DNA of 64,000 nt from Candidatus Zhuqueibacterota bacterium (GTDB taxonomy: Bacteria > Zhuqueibacterota > Zhuqueibacteria > Thermofontimicrobiales > Thermofontimicrobiaceae). The notes under the pieces were generated by a model. The model saw only the letters and a program-made list of their open reading frames with translations. It was not told where the DNA came from and ran no database searches. Where the stretch lies: NCBI GenBank assembly GCA_049322915.1, contig JBMOPW010000044.1, forward strand, positions 1-64,000, given 5' to 3'. Made by a program: the position numbers and the translations under genes. Below, piece by piece: positions 11,904-21,351 of this stretch (positions are counted from its first letter, which is position 1; every line of letters begins with the position of its first letter).

Positions 11904-12697
11904 TTTCATTGCGACGCGCGACCCGGCCCATCGCGGCCGGCATTGACATTGGTTCCATCACCACCAAAGCCGCCGTGCTTTCCGATGGGAAAATTCTGGG
12001 CGCAAAGGTGATTTTCACCGGGTATCATGCCGAAGAAGCTGGCAGAAGGGTCTACCGCGAATTGCTTGCCCAACTCGGAATCGATGCATCCGACATTCAG
12101 AGCGTCGTCGCGACCGGATACGGCCGGAACAGCGTGCCCTTTGCCCAAAAAGCGATCACGGAAATTACGTGCCACGCGGCCGGCGCTTGTTTTCTCAATT
12201 CGAAAATCAGAACCATTATCGATGTGGGCGGCCAGGACAGCAAGGTAATTTCGCTGGACGCGAACGGCGCTGTGAAGGATTTTGCCATGAACGATAAATG
12301 CGCGGCCGGCACCGGGCGATTCCTCGAAGTGATGGCGCGCGCGCTGGAAGTGAACCTGGATGACTTCGGAGCGTTCGCGGCGCGGGCTGAAGCGCCGTCG
12401 AAGATCAGCAGCACCTGCACGGTCTTCGCTGAATCCGAGATCATTTCGCTCATCTCCAAAGGCACGACGCGGGAGAACATCATCGCCGGCATTCACGATG
12501 CTGTGGCAGCGCGCGTGATGTCCCTGGCCAGGCGCATCGGTATTATCGCGCCGGTGATGATGACCGGCGGCGTGGCTAAAAATGACGGTGTGGTTCAGGC
12601 GCTGGAACGGAAGATCGGGGAGAAGATTCAGGTTTCGGATTACGCCCAGGTGAACGGCGCCATCGGCGCGGCGGTGAAGGCGCAGGAGATGATTTGA
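11900..12697 (+). CDS. ATP-dependent dehydratase activator (HgdC/BcrAD-type ASKHA ATPase, 4Fe-4S)
   Basis: GIDIGS, TGYGR, EITCHA, DVGGQD, MNDKCAAGTGRFLE, STCTVFAESE, GGVAKN; ATGA overlap with upstream gene. Confidence 0.93.
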   Translation: MISLRRATRPIAAGIDIGSITTKAAVLSDGKILGAKVIFTGYHAEEAGRRVYRELLAQLGIDASDIQSVVATGYGRNSVPFAQKAITEITCHAAGACFLNSKIRTIIDVGGQDSKVISLDANGAVKDFAMNDKCAAGTGRFLEVMARALEVNLDDFGAFAARAEAPSKISSTCTVFAESEIISLISKGTTRENIIAGIHDAVAARVMSLARRIGIIAPVMMTGGVAKNDGVVQALERKIGEKIQVSDYAQVNGAIGAAVKAQEMI

Positions 12698-12774
12698 TTC
12701 TTTTTCGAGAATGTATTTGGTTGTAGATGTCGGTGTTTGAAAAAAAAGAGTGACCAAATCTGAATCGGCCTGAT

Positions 12775-12909
12775 GCTATTCTGGTTGCATGGTTCAGGGT
12801 TCAAGGTTCAGAGTGAAGGATCTTGCGCTCCTCAAATACCTACACATTGTTTAATCTTATTTCTCGAAAATCTTGAACTGGGAATTTTTAAATTTTGAAT
12901 CTGAATAGC
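12775..12909. repeat. Degenerate 7-bp-period (GGTTCAR) inverted-repeat element
   Basis: GGTTCAG-GGTTCAA-GGTTCAG at 12791-12811; degenerate complementary arm CTTGAAC...TTTTGAAT; ends GCTATTCTG / CTGAATAGC. Confidence 0.5.
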
Positions 12910-12995
12910 CGCAAAGCCGTTTATATTTTTCTTCGTGACCATCTTCTGCTTCGTGGTTATTCAAAGATTTTTATCTCTACATAATCGGGTGCAAA

Positions 12996-14537
12996 ATGAA
13001 AATCCCTCTGTTTTCGTTTCTTTTCATGGTGGTGTTTTTGGCATCGCACGTCCCGGAGTCTGGAGAGAAAGGCATGTACTTCCCGAAAAAAAAATACACC
13101 GAAGCGCCGCTGCCGGTTTATTCTGCTGAAAAAAACCGCATTCCGACCCCGGTCCTCGATGGGGATCCCGGCTGGGTCGATATGTACTGGAAGTGCTGGG
13201 AACTGGCGCTCACCAAAGCGAAAAAGCCCTATCCCGGCTCGCCCTTTGTCTCCAACTATATTGACGAGGCTTTTTGCGACAACATCTTCCAGTGGGATAC
13301 TCATTTCATGCTCATGTTCTGGAACTACATTTACGACATCTTCCCGGCCATCGAATCCCACGATAATTTTTACGCAAGGCAGCACGCGGATGGCTTCATT
13401 TGCCGGGAAATCAACGAACACACCGGCGAGGATTTCTATTACGACGGCAAAGAAAATAACACATTGACCCACACCATCTGCCCGCCGCTGTTCCCGTGGG
13501 TCGAGTACGAATATTTCAAAATCAGCGGCGATGATTCCCGCTTCCGGAAAATCATTCCGGCGCTGGAAAAATACGGCGCGTGGATCGACGAGAACCGAAT
13601 CGATCCGCAGGCCAAACATGGGCTGTACTGGCAGACAGGACTGGGCTCGGGCATGGATAATACCCCGCGATCCGGTTCCGGCTGGGTCTGTCTCTCCTCG
13701 CAAATGGCCATGTTCTACAGGTATCTGGGCGCGATATGCGAGCATGAAAGTGAGCTTCAGAAGGCGCGGCAATGCTACTCGCGATCCCGGGCCATCGCCG
13801 ATGCCATCAATCGCTGGATGTGGGACGATGCCGATGGCATGTATTACGACGTGACTGATGATGGCGCGCCTGTCAAAGTGAAAACCGCAGCCAGTTTCTG
13901 GCCCATGCTGGCGCAGATTTGCAGCGACGAGCAGGTCGCGCGGCTCGTGGCAAATCTCAAAAACCGGGACCTGTTCTGGCGAACCATTCCGTTTCCCACG
14001 TTGTCAGCGGATCACCCGGGTTACGATCCCAGAGGCCACTACTGGTTGGGCGGCGTGTGGGCGCCGACCAATTACATGATCATCAAAGGATTGCAGCATT
14101 ACGGCTATCACGAACTGGCTGCGCTGGCGTCGGAGCGCTATCTGGCCGGCATGTACGAAGTGTTCAAATCGACGGGCACTGTTTGGGAAAATTATGCGCC
14201 GGACAGCGCTGCCCCGGGCGATATTGCCAAACCCGATTTCGTCGGATGGACCGGGCTTGGCCCCATTTCACTGCTGATAGAAAATGTGCTGGGCATTCAG
14301 TTGGACGCGCTAAACAACACCATTCACTGGCGATTGAATCGCACAGACCGGCACGGTGTGGAAAACCTTCGGTTTCGGGACCATCGCATCACGTTGATGG
14401 CGGCGCCCGGGACGTCCAAAGCGGACCGCGTCAGCATTACGGTGACGTCCAATGCCGCGTTCACACTCGAACTCTCGCTGGCGGACAGGCGCCAGACGAT
14501 ATCAATCAAGGAAGGAAACCAGGTTTTTGAATTTTAA
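12996..14537 (+). CDS. Secreted MGH1/trehalase-like glycoside hydrolase (GH63/GH37-like)
   Basis: FQWDTHF, SGMDNTPR, YWLGGVWAPTNY, WENY, FVGWTG motifs; signal peptide. Confidence 0.82.
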   Translation: MKIPLFSFLFMVVFLASHVPESGEKGMYFPKKKYTEAPLPVYSAEKNRIPTPVLDGDPGWVDMYWKCWELALTKAKKPYPGSPFVSNYIDEAFCDNIFQWDTHFMLMFWNYIYDIFPAIESHDNFYARQHADGFICREINEHTGEDFYYDGKENNTLTHTICPPLFPWVEYEYFKISGDDSRFRKIIPALEKYGAWIDENRIDPQAKHGLYWQTGLGSGMDNTPRSGSGWVCLSSQMAMFYRYLGAICEHESELQKARQCYSRSRAIADAINRWMWDDADGMYYDVTDDGAPVKVKTAASFWPMLAQICSDEQVARLVANLKNRDLFWRTIPFPTLSADHPGYDPRGHYWLGGVWAPTNYMIIKGLQHYGYHELAALASERYLAGMYEVFKSTGTVWENYAPDSAAPGDIAKPDFVGWTGLGPISLLIENVLGIQLDALNNTIHWRLNRTDRHGVENLRFRDHRITLMAAPGTSKADRVSITVTSNAAFTLELSLADRRQTISIKEGNQVFEF

Positions 14538-14552
14538 AAAAATGGAGTGCGT

Positions 14553-15320
14553 ATGAAGAAGCATGCAACTGTATTTTATGCACTGTTGGCGTTGGGACTA
14601 TCTGTCCTTCTCCACTGTTCTTTGGAAATTGAGGATTCCGAGAACCACCTGCGGGAGCAGGCGACAAAAACGTTCGGACAACTCAGCGAGTTGGAAATTG
14701 ACAATATCACCGGCTCCATTGAAATATCCAATTGGGACAGCGATAGCGTCCGGGTCACCTGCATTAAAAAAGCGCGGACGCAGCAACGATTGGAAGAAAT
14801 TGAAGTGATCTTCGATCGGCAGGAGAATGCGCTTTCTGTTGAAACGAAACTCCCCGGAAAATGCCGGCGATGCGAGGTGGAATACCTTGTCTCCGTGCCA
14901 AAGGGTTTTGAGAAAATCATTGCCCGCACCGTCACCGGCTCGGTGATTTTGAGGGACGCCACCACGGTGAACAGCTTCAAGGGCGTCAGCGTGACCGGTT
15001 CCATCAAGGGGGCCCTGTCGTGCCGCGATCTTGAACTGGACGTGACAACCGGCGGAATCAGTCTGGAACTGGTGGACGTAGCCGAAGGCGGCAGCATCGA
15101 TTTGCATGTGGTCACTGGCCGCGTTGAATTGACCATGCCGGCAGATTTTCAGGCGGATGTGGGTCTGAAAACAGTCACCGGATCGATTCGGACGGATTTT
15201 CCGGTGAAGACTTACGGGACTGCTGGACGGAATTCATTGCAGGGCACGATCGGGGATGGAGGCGTGAAGTGCTCCATTCAGACGGTCACCGGCTCGATTG
15301 TTCTGATTCAAAAACGCTGA
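14553..15320 (+). CDS. DUF4097 beta-strand-repeat protein, possibly a lipoprotein
   Basis: Repeated (T/S)VTGSI units; hydrophobic N-terminus ending LLHC. Confidence 0.78.
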   Translation: MKKHATVFYALLALGLSVLLHCSLEIEDSENHLREQATKTFGQLSELEIDNITGSIEISNWDSDSVRVTCIKKARTQQRLEEIEVIFDRQENALSVETKLPGKCRRCEVEYLVSVPKGFEKIIARTVTGSVILRDATTVNSFKGVSVTGSIKGALSCRDLELDVTTGGISLELVDVAEGGSIDLHVVTGRVELTMPADFQADVGLKTVTGSIRTDFPVKTYGTAGRNSLQGTIGDGGVKCSIQTVTGSIVLIQKR

Positions 15321-15340
15321 GGGTCGGGCTGGCTCGACCC
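15321..15340 (+). terminator. Hairpin after the DUF4097 gene (no clear U-tract)
   Basis: GGGTCGGGC-TG-GCTCGACCC. Confidence 0.35.
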
Positions 15341-15364
15341 GCTTCGAAACGCGCTGTTCATTCG

Positions 15365-15568
15365 ATTCAGGTGCGTTTGCGGTTAGCGGATAAAATTCTG
15401 CCCGAAACAGGTGGAGAAAAAATATAGCACCTGAATTTCTAACCTGAATTATTCATGAACTTGCTCAGAATTTGAGTCAACTTTCAGATTTTCAATTAGC
15501 TAAAAACTGAGCTATTTTGAAACTCAGTTTTTGTACGTTTATTCTAAAAAGAGCACCATTCAGGTTAG
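15365..15568. repeat. Two abutting inverted-repeat units sharing an ACCTGAAT core (MITE-like)
   Basis: ATTCAGGTGC (15365-74)/GCACCTGAAT (15427-36) and CTAACCTGAAT (15439-49)/ATTCAGGTTAG (15558-68). Confidence 0.55.
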
Positions 15569-15761
15569 CCAGCCTCCTTTAAAAATACTATGAATAATGC
15601 AGGCTAAAATGAAATGTCCAATGAGCGTATAACGTATTATTTTAGTATGGAGTGCCTCGAGTGTGTCGATGCTTGAATTGACACAGTCAATTCACTCCAT
15701 ATGTTTTTAGAAATTTAGGTAGCAGTTCAATTTTATTGCATTTATTTTTGGAGGTGCAGGC

Positions 15762-16766
15762 ATGGCAACGCAACGCATTTTGACCACAACCGTGGGCTCA
15801 TACCCGGTTCCGGACTGGCTGGCAGCGCTGCCCAGCGAGCAGGCCGTTATCGACGCGACGCGGGTGGTGATTGATATTCAACGCCGGGCTGGAATCGATT
15901 TGCCGACGGACGGCGAATTGTCGCGCTTCGACGTCAATCATCCGGAAACCAACGGTATGATCGATTACTTCATTCGGCCGTTGCAGGGCATTCGCAGCGA
16001 AATCGGTCGCCGGGACTGGATCGAGTTTTCAAAGCTGAAGCGGATGGGATTCCGGACCAAGCCGGCCGGGGTGGTCGAGTCGGAAATTGACGAGGGCAGC
16101 CTGAATCTGTATCGCGATTGCCAGCGAACCATGGGCATCGCCGGGAAGCATATCAAATTCACGGTGACCAGTCCCTACATGCTGGCCCGAACCCTGCTGG
16201 ATCGATTTTATGGCGATTTCACCGCGCTGATGATGCGCATTGCCGGGGTTCTGGCGGAACAGGTTTCGGAACTGGACAGCGACTGCGTGCAGGTCGATGA
16301 AGCGAACATCACCGGTAATCCGGCGGACGGCCCTGTGGCGGCGAAAGGCATCAACGCGGTGCTGGATGCGATTCGCGGCGAGAAGGCGGTTCATTTCTGT
16401 TTCGGAAATTATGGGGGACAGACTATTCAGAGCGGCAACTGGCGACAGTTGATTCAATTTTTAAATTCGCTCCACGCCGACCATCTGGTGCTGGAATTGG
16501 CGCATCGGCCGGAGGACGATCTGGATGCGTTGCAGGCGATTGATCCGCGAATTGTGCTGGGCGTTGGGGTCATCGATGTGAAAATCAATCATGTCGAAAC
16601 AGCAGATGAAGTGGCCCGGCGCATCGAGCATATTTCGAAAAGACTGGGCGCGGGCCGCATTGGCTGGGTTCATCCAGACTGCGGTTTCTGGATGCTGAAA
16701 CGCTCGGTGGCGGATCGCAAGATCGAAGCGCTGGTGAAGGGGCGCGATTTGTATGAAGGTAAATGA
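15762..16766 (+). CDS. Cobalamin-independent methionine synthase II family, catalytic domain only ('core' MetE-like)
   Basis: TTTVGSYP, TDGE, VQVDE, Zn ligands HFC...E...HPDCG; 334 aa with no N-terminal folate-binding half; RBS GGAGG. Confidence 0.85.
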   Translation: MATQRILTTTVGSYPVPDWLAALPSEQAVIDATRVVIDIQRRAGIDLPTDGELSRFDVNHPETNGMIDYFIRPLQGIRSEIGRRDWIEFSKLKRMGFRTKPAGVVESEIDEGSLNLYRDCQRTMGIAGKHIKFTVTSPYMLARTLLDRFYGDFTALMMRIAGVLAEQVSELDSDCVQVDEANITGNPADGPVAAKGINAVLDAIRGEKAVHFCFGNYGGQTIQSGNWRQLIQFLNSLHADHLVLELAHRPEDDLDALQAIDPRIVLGVGVIDVKINHVETADEVARRIEHISKRLGAGRIGWVHPDCGFWMLKRSVADRKIEALVKGRDLYEGK

Positions 16767-16793
16767 GCTGATTATTCTTATGATGAGGGAAGG

Positions 16794-17912
16794 ATGATTT
16801 ATCGAACCTACGGGGCAACAGGCGTTAACGTATCGGTTATTGGTTTCGGCGGCATGCGGTTTGAAAACCAAAATGATGTGGAAGCCTGCGCCGGGCTTGT
16901 CAAGGCAGCCTACGACAGCGGGATCAATTATTTCGACACCGCGCCGGGCTATGGGAAATCCGAGGATTTATTTGGCGTCGCGTTTGCGGAGATGAACAAG
17001 ACGCGGGCGGATCGGCCCTTTTTTGTCTCAACAAAATCAGCGCAGGAAGAGCCTGCCAAAATCCGCCAGGATCTGGAAGCGTCACTGCGCCGGATGGGAC
17101 TGGATTCCATCGATTTCTTTCACGTCTGGTGCATCATGACGCTGGACTCGTTTCAACACCGAAAAGCGAATGGCGTGTTGCGAGAGTGCGAGCGGATGAA
17201 AGAGGAAGGGCTGATCAGGCACATCTGCGTGTCCACCCATTTGTCAGGCTTAGACACATCCGAATTGCTGCGGGACTATCCCTTCGACGGCGTGCTTCTT
17301 GGCTATTCGGCCATGAATTTTGCCTATCGCGACGCCGGCCTGGATGCGGCCCATGCGCTCAACATGGGCGTTGTCGTGATGAATCCGTTGGGCGGCGGAC
17401 TGATTCCCGGGCACAAGGAGCGCTTCAATTTTGTGAAGACGCGCGAAGATGAATCGGTGGTGGAAGCGGCGCTGCGCTTTTTGATCAATGATCAGCGCAT
17501 CACCGTGGCGCTGGTTGGGTTCAGCAACCTGAATCAATTGACCGAGGCCATCAGCGCGGTGAACGGATTTTCACCCATTGGCAGCGAAAGGATCGAGTCC
17601 ATTCGGGGCAGTCTTAAAGAGGCGTACAATGAATTATGCACCGGTTGCCGCTACTGCGACTCCTGTCCCGAAGGCGTCCCGATTCCCAAAATGATGGAGG
17701 CGTTCAATTTCTATTTTCTCAGCAATGAACCGAAGCAGATGATCGACCGGCTCAAATGGCACTGGGGTATTTTGACGGACAGCGATGTATTCACCCGCTG
17801 CAGCCAGTGCGGCCAATGCGAATTGCTGTGCACGCAAAAATTGCCCATCATCGAACGGCTGGAAGTGATGCGCGTTGAAGCGGAGACATTCAACGCGAAC
17901 AGGACAAAATGA
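16794..17912 (+). CDS. Aldo/keto reductase with C-terminal 4Fe-4S dicluster domain
   Basis: GFGGMR, YFDTAPGYG, STK, MNPLGGG; CTGCRYCDSCP and CSQCGQCELLC. Confidence 0.88.
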   Translation: MIYRTYGATGVNVSVIGFGGMRFENQNDVEACAGLVKAAYDSGINYFDTAPGYGKSEDLFGVAFAEMNKTRADRPFFVSTKSAQEEPAKIRQDLEASLRRMGLDSIDFFHVWCIMTLDSFQHRKANGVLRECERMKEEGLIRHICVSTHLSGLDTSELLRDYPFDGVLLGYSAMNFAYRDAGLDAAHALNMGVVVMNPLGGGLIPGHKERFNFVKTREDESVVEAALRFLINDQRITVALVGFSNLNQLTEAISAVNGFSPIGSERIESIRGSLKEAYNELCTGCRYCDSCPEGVPIPKMMEAFNFYFLSNEPKQMIDRLKWHWGILTDSDVFTRCSQCGQCELLCTQKLPIIERLEVMRVEAETFNANRTK

Positions 17913-18029
17913 TGTCGTGCGCCCGCTGCATTTTCTTCCGACAGCGTCCAAGTTTTTCTCGGGGCGCACCCGAATACCAGTTCGTCCGCCGCGCTTCATG
18001 GAAACCCTGAGAGGATTTAATGAGAAATT

Positions 18030-19910
18030 ATGAGCCAAATAAAGAATAGATATGTTTCGATCCTACTCGGGCTGATATGCATTTCGCTCGTTTTCACAGC
18101 CTGTTCCCGGGATGCGAGGATGGAATTCGCCTGGCTGAGCGATACGCATGTCGGCGCCACGACCGGGGCTGCCGATTTGAGTCTGGCTGTCCGCGATATC
18201 AATTCGATGGACCAGATCGATTTCGTCATCGTGTCCGGAGATATAACCGAGACAGGCAGGAGCGCGGATCTGACGCTCAGCAAATCGATACTGGATAGCC
18301 TGAAGCGGCCGTATTTCATCATTCCGGGAAATCACGATACGAAATGGTCGGAGACCGGAGCCACGCGTTTTTCGGAACTATGGGGAAGTGATAAATTCAA
18401 TTTCGCGCATCGGGGTATTCGATTCATCGGCATGCACCAGGGGCCGTTGATGCGCATGGCCGATGGCCATTTTTCTCCGGAGGACCTGCGCTGGCTCGAT
18501 TCGCAACTGGCGGATTTGTCAGCATCGAACGGGCCGGTCGTTTTCGTCACCCATTATCCCATGGATTCGTCCGTGGACAATTGGTTCGAATTTCTGAACC
18601 GGCTGAAGCAAATCAATATAGTCGCGGTGCTGTGCGGGCACGGTCATGCCAATAAGGCCTATGATTTTGAAGGCATCCCCGGCGTTATGGGGCGTTCGAC
18701 GCTGCGGCGCAATGCCGGGCGCGGCGGGTATCACATCGTCCGCATCGACTCGGACAGCCTGAGATTTTTCGAGAGAGTCACCGGGGTGAAGACGCTGCCG
18801 GCGTGGCTGGCTCTGCCGATGCGGGCGGTGCGCGCCGGAAGCGATACCACCCGGCCTATTGCCCCTGATTTTTCGGTGAATCAGCGCTATCCCCGGGTTT
18901 CAGAAATCTGGTCTTTCGATGCGCAGTTCACCATCGCGTCCACGCCATTGGTGACTGAGGGCGTTGTCGTGGTTGGCAATAGCAACGGCACGGTGTTCGG
19001 GTTGTCGCTGGATCATGGCTCAGAACTCTGGCGTTTTCAGACCGGAAATGCGATTTACTCGTCCCCGGCCGGGGAGCGAGGCAACGTAGTATTCGGCTCG
19101 GCGGATCACCACATCTACTGCCTCGATGCGCGCACCGGGAATCTGGTCTGGCGTTACAAGACAGGAGCGCCGGTGCTTGCAGCGCCGACGATTGCTTCGG
19201 GCATGATATATATCGGCGGCAGCGACGGCATTTTTCGCGCCATCCAACTCGACACCGGCCAGCTCGTGTGGCAATTCAGCGGCGTCGAAGGATTTGTTGA
19301 AACAAAGGCGCTGGTCTACTGTGATAAGGTTATCTTCGGAGCGTGGGACACGTTTTTATACGCATTGCATCAGAAGGATGGACAGCTCGCCTGGAGGTGG
19401 TCGAATCAATCGCCGTCAAAATTATTTTCGCCGGCTGCATGCTGGCCGGTGGCGGCTGACCGGAAAATCTTTATCGTGGCGCCGGATCGCTACATGACGG
19501 CAATCCATGCGGAGACAGGGGAGACGCTCTGGCGCAGCAATCGGTACAGGGTGCGCGAGTCCATTGGCATTTCCGAAAATAGCGCTGAGTGTTTTGCACG
19601 GTGTATGGTCGACACGGTGGTGGCATTTTCGACCCGGACAGAGACCCCTGCACTGATCTGGGCGCGACATTGCGGCTTCGGCTACGACATCGCTCCTAAT
19701 ATGCCGGTGGAGAAGGATGGAACCCTGTATTTCGGGACCAAGAACGGATTCGTTTTCGCCCTGGATTCCGCGACCGGCGAGACGAAGTGGGCGCATCGCG
19801 TCGGAGTGACGCTGATAAACACAATGACGCCCATCGACGGGCAGCGCGTGGTGCTTGCGGATATGGATGGCCGTGTGAAAATGCTCGTGGACAATGAAGG
19901 GAACCAGTAG
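18030..19910 (+). CDS. Lipoprotein: calcineurin-like metallophosphoesterase plus PQQ-like beta-propeller
   Basis: Lipobox FTAC; SDTH, SGDIT, GNHD, THYP, GHGH; repeated LDxxTGxLxW units. Confidence 0.85.
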   Translation: MSQIKNRYVSILLGLICISLVFTACSRDARMEFAWLSDTHVGATTGAADLSLAVRDINSMDQIDFVIVSGDITETGRSADLTLSKSILDSLKRPYFIIPGNHDTKWSETGATRFSELWGSDKFNFAHRGIRFIGMHQGPLMRMADGHFSPEDLRWLDSQLADLSASNGPVVFVTHYPMDSSVDNWFEFLNRLKQINIVAVLCGHGHANKAYDFEGIPGVMGRSTLRRNAGRGGYHIVRIDSDSLRFFERVTGVKTLPAWLALPMRAVRAGSDTTRPIAPDFSVNQRYPRVSEIWSFDAQFTIASTPLVTEGVVVVGNSNGTVFGLSLDHGSELWRFQTGNAIYSSPAGERGNVVFGSADHHIYCLDARTGNLVWRYKTGAPVLAAPTIASGMIYIGGSDGIFRAIQLDTGQLVWQFSGVEGFVETKALVYCDKVIFGAWDTFLYALHQKDGQLAWRWSNQSPSKLFSPAACWPVAADRKIFIVAPDRYMTAIHAETGETLWRSNRYRVRESIGISENSAECFARCMVDTVVAFSTRTETPALIWARHCGFGYDIAPNMPVEKDGTLYFGTKNGFVFALDSATGETKWAHRVGVTLINTMTPIDGQRVVLADMDGRVKMLVDNEGNQ

Positions 19911-20062
19911 GCACGATGCAGCGAAGTCTCTATGTCATTGCAATTAGACATGCATCGACAATCACCGGAACAATTTTTCATCGGCCGGTTACAATCGCGG
20001 GATTCATTTTCCCGGCGCCTGTTCAGCCGTTGTGAACAACCAACACATAAAGGCTTTACACT

Positions 20063-21202
20063 ATGTTTGAATATCAAAAAACCAATGGCTATTTCGCCCA
20101 GGTGACCAGCGGCATGGAGGATCTGGCGGTCGACGAATTGTCCCGGCTCGGCGCTGAGCGGCTGAAATCCGCATTTCGGGGGCTCTATTTCGAGGCGGAT
20201 AAAGCGACGTTGTATCGGATCAATTACGAGTCCCGATTTCTCACCAATATTTTGGCGCCGCTCAATAAATTCAATTGTCACGATACCAAATATCTGTACC
20301 GCAAAGCCCGGGCGATTGAATGGGATTCCCTGATTTCAGTGGATCAGACTTTCGCGATCCACGCCAATGTCGCCAATAGCAAAATAACGCATTCCCAATA
20401 TGCCGGCCTGTGCGTGAAGGATGCGATCGTCGATTTTTTCAGGGATAAAACAGGTCGGCGACCCAACGTGGAGCGGAACGTCCCGGATGCGTGGATCAAT
20501 TTGCACATTGACATGGATTTTGCCACCATCAGTTTTGAAACGTCCGGTGGGTCGCTGCATCGGCGCGGCTATCGGAAAGAAGCGGTCGAAGCGCCCATGC
20601 AGGAGACCGTCGCTGCGGCCATCATTCAGTTTACTGAGTGGGATGGCGCTGCGCCGCTCGTTGATCCATTTTGCGGCTCTGGCACCCTGCTCTGCGAAGC
20701 GCTGATGGCCTATTGCCGAATCCCGGCCGGGTTTCTGAGGAAGAAATTTGGATTCCAATCGCTGCCTGATTTTGATGAGCAGGTGTGGCAGTCCGTCAAG
20801 ACCGCCGCGGATAGCAACATCCGGGAATTGCCGGCAGGATTGATTTCCGGCAGCGACATTTTGCCGAGCGCGGTGGCTGTCGCGCGAGTGAATCTTGCCA
20901 GTCTGCCCGGCGGAAAAAACGTCGAGATCACTGTGAGCGATTTCCAGTCGCTGCCCGATCTCGATACGCATGTGATCGTGTGCAATCCACCCTATGGCAT
21001 TCGAATGGGCAATCCGCATGCGTCTCAAAAAATTTATAAAAGCTTTGGCGATTTTCTGAAACAGCGATGCCGAAACTCAACGGCCTACGTCTATTTCGGA
21101 GACCGCAGTTTAATCCCGGCCATCGGCCTGAAGCCGACGTTCAAACGTCCGCTTCGCAACGCCGGACTGGATGGCCGGCTGGTGAAGATCGATCTCTATT
21201 AA
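20063..21202 (+). CDS. THUMP-domain class I SAM-dependent RNA methyltransferase (RlmL/YpsC-like)
   Basis: SLHRRGYR, APMQET, DPFCGSGT, NPPYG. Confidence 0.88.
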   Translation: MFEYQKTNGYFAQVTSGMEDLAVDELSRLGAERLKSAFRGLYFEADKATLYRINYESRFLTNILAPLNKFNCHDTKYLYRKARAIEWDSLISVDQTFAIHANVANSKITHSQYAGLCVKDAIVDFFRDKTGRRPNVERNVPDAWINLHIDMDFATISFETSGGSLHRRGYRKEAVEAPMQETVAAAIIQFTEWDGAAPLVDPFCGSGTLLCEALMAYCRIPAGFLRKKFGFQSLPDFDEQVWQSVKTAADSNIRELPAGLISGSDILPSAVAVARVNLASLPGGKNVEITVSDFQSLPDLDTHVIVCNPPYGIRMGNPHASQKIYKSFGDFLKQRCRNSTAYVYFGDRSLIPAIGLKPTFKRPLRNAGLDGRLVKIDLY

Positions 21203-21351
21203 TTCCGGCGCAGATGCGCTGCGCCGCTGTTTTCATGTCCGGCGGAGCAGCGTTCGGTTCGCGAGTGAATGCCTGTTTCTGTGCGGGCCACGACCGAAAT
21301 TATTCCCCGCCTGTCCCCGGCGGGTGATTCTGTTTCAGCGAAGGAGGGCCC

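Noticed and set aside
15437..15570. attC-like ends (CTAAC...GTTAG, ~134 bp)
   Set aside because: The R boxes deviate from RYYYAAC/GTTRRRY, there is no L-box or extrahelical-base pattern, no second copy and no integrase in the window. Treated as MITE-like instead.
15570..15761. Cobalamin or SAM riboswitch upstream of the MetE-like gene
   Set aside because: No B12-box or SAM-I core recognised, only a simple hairpin.
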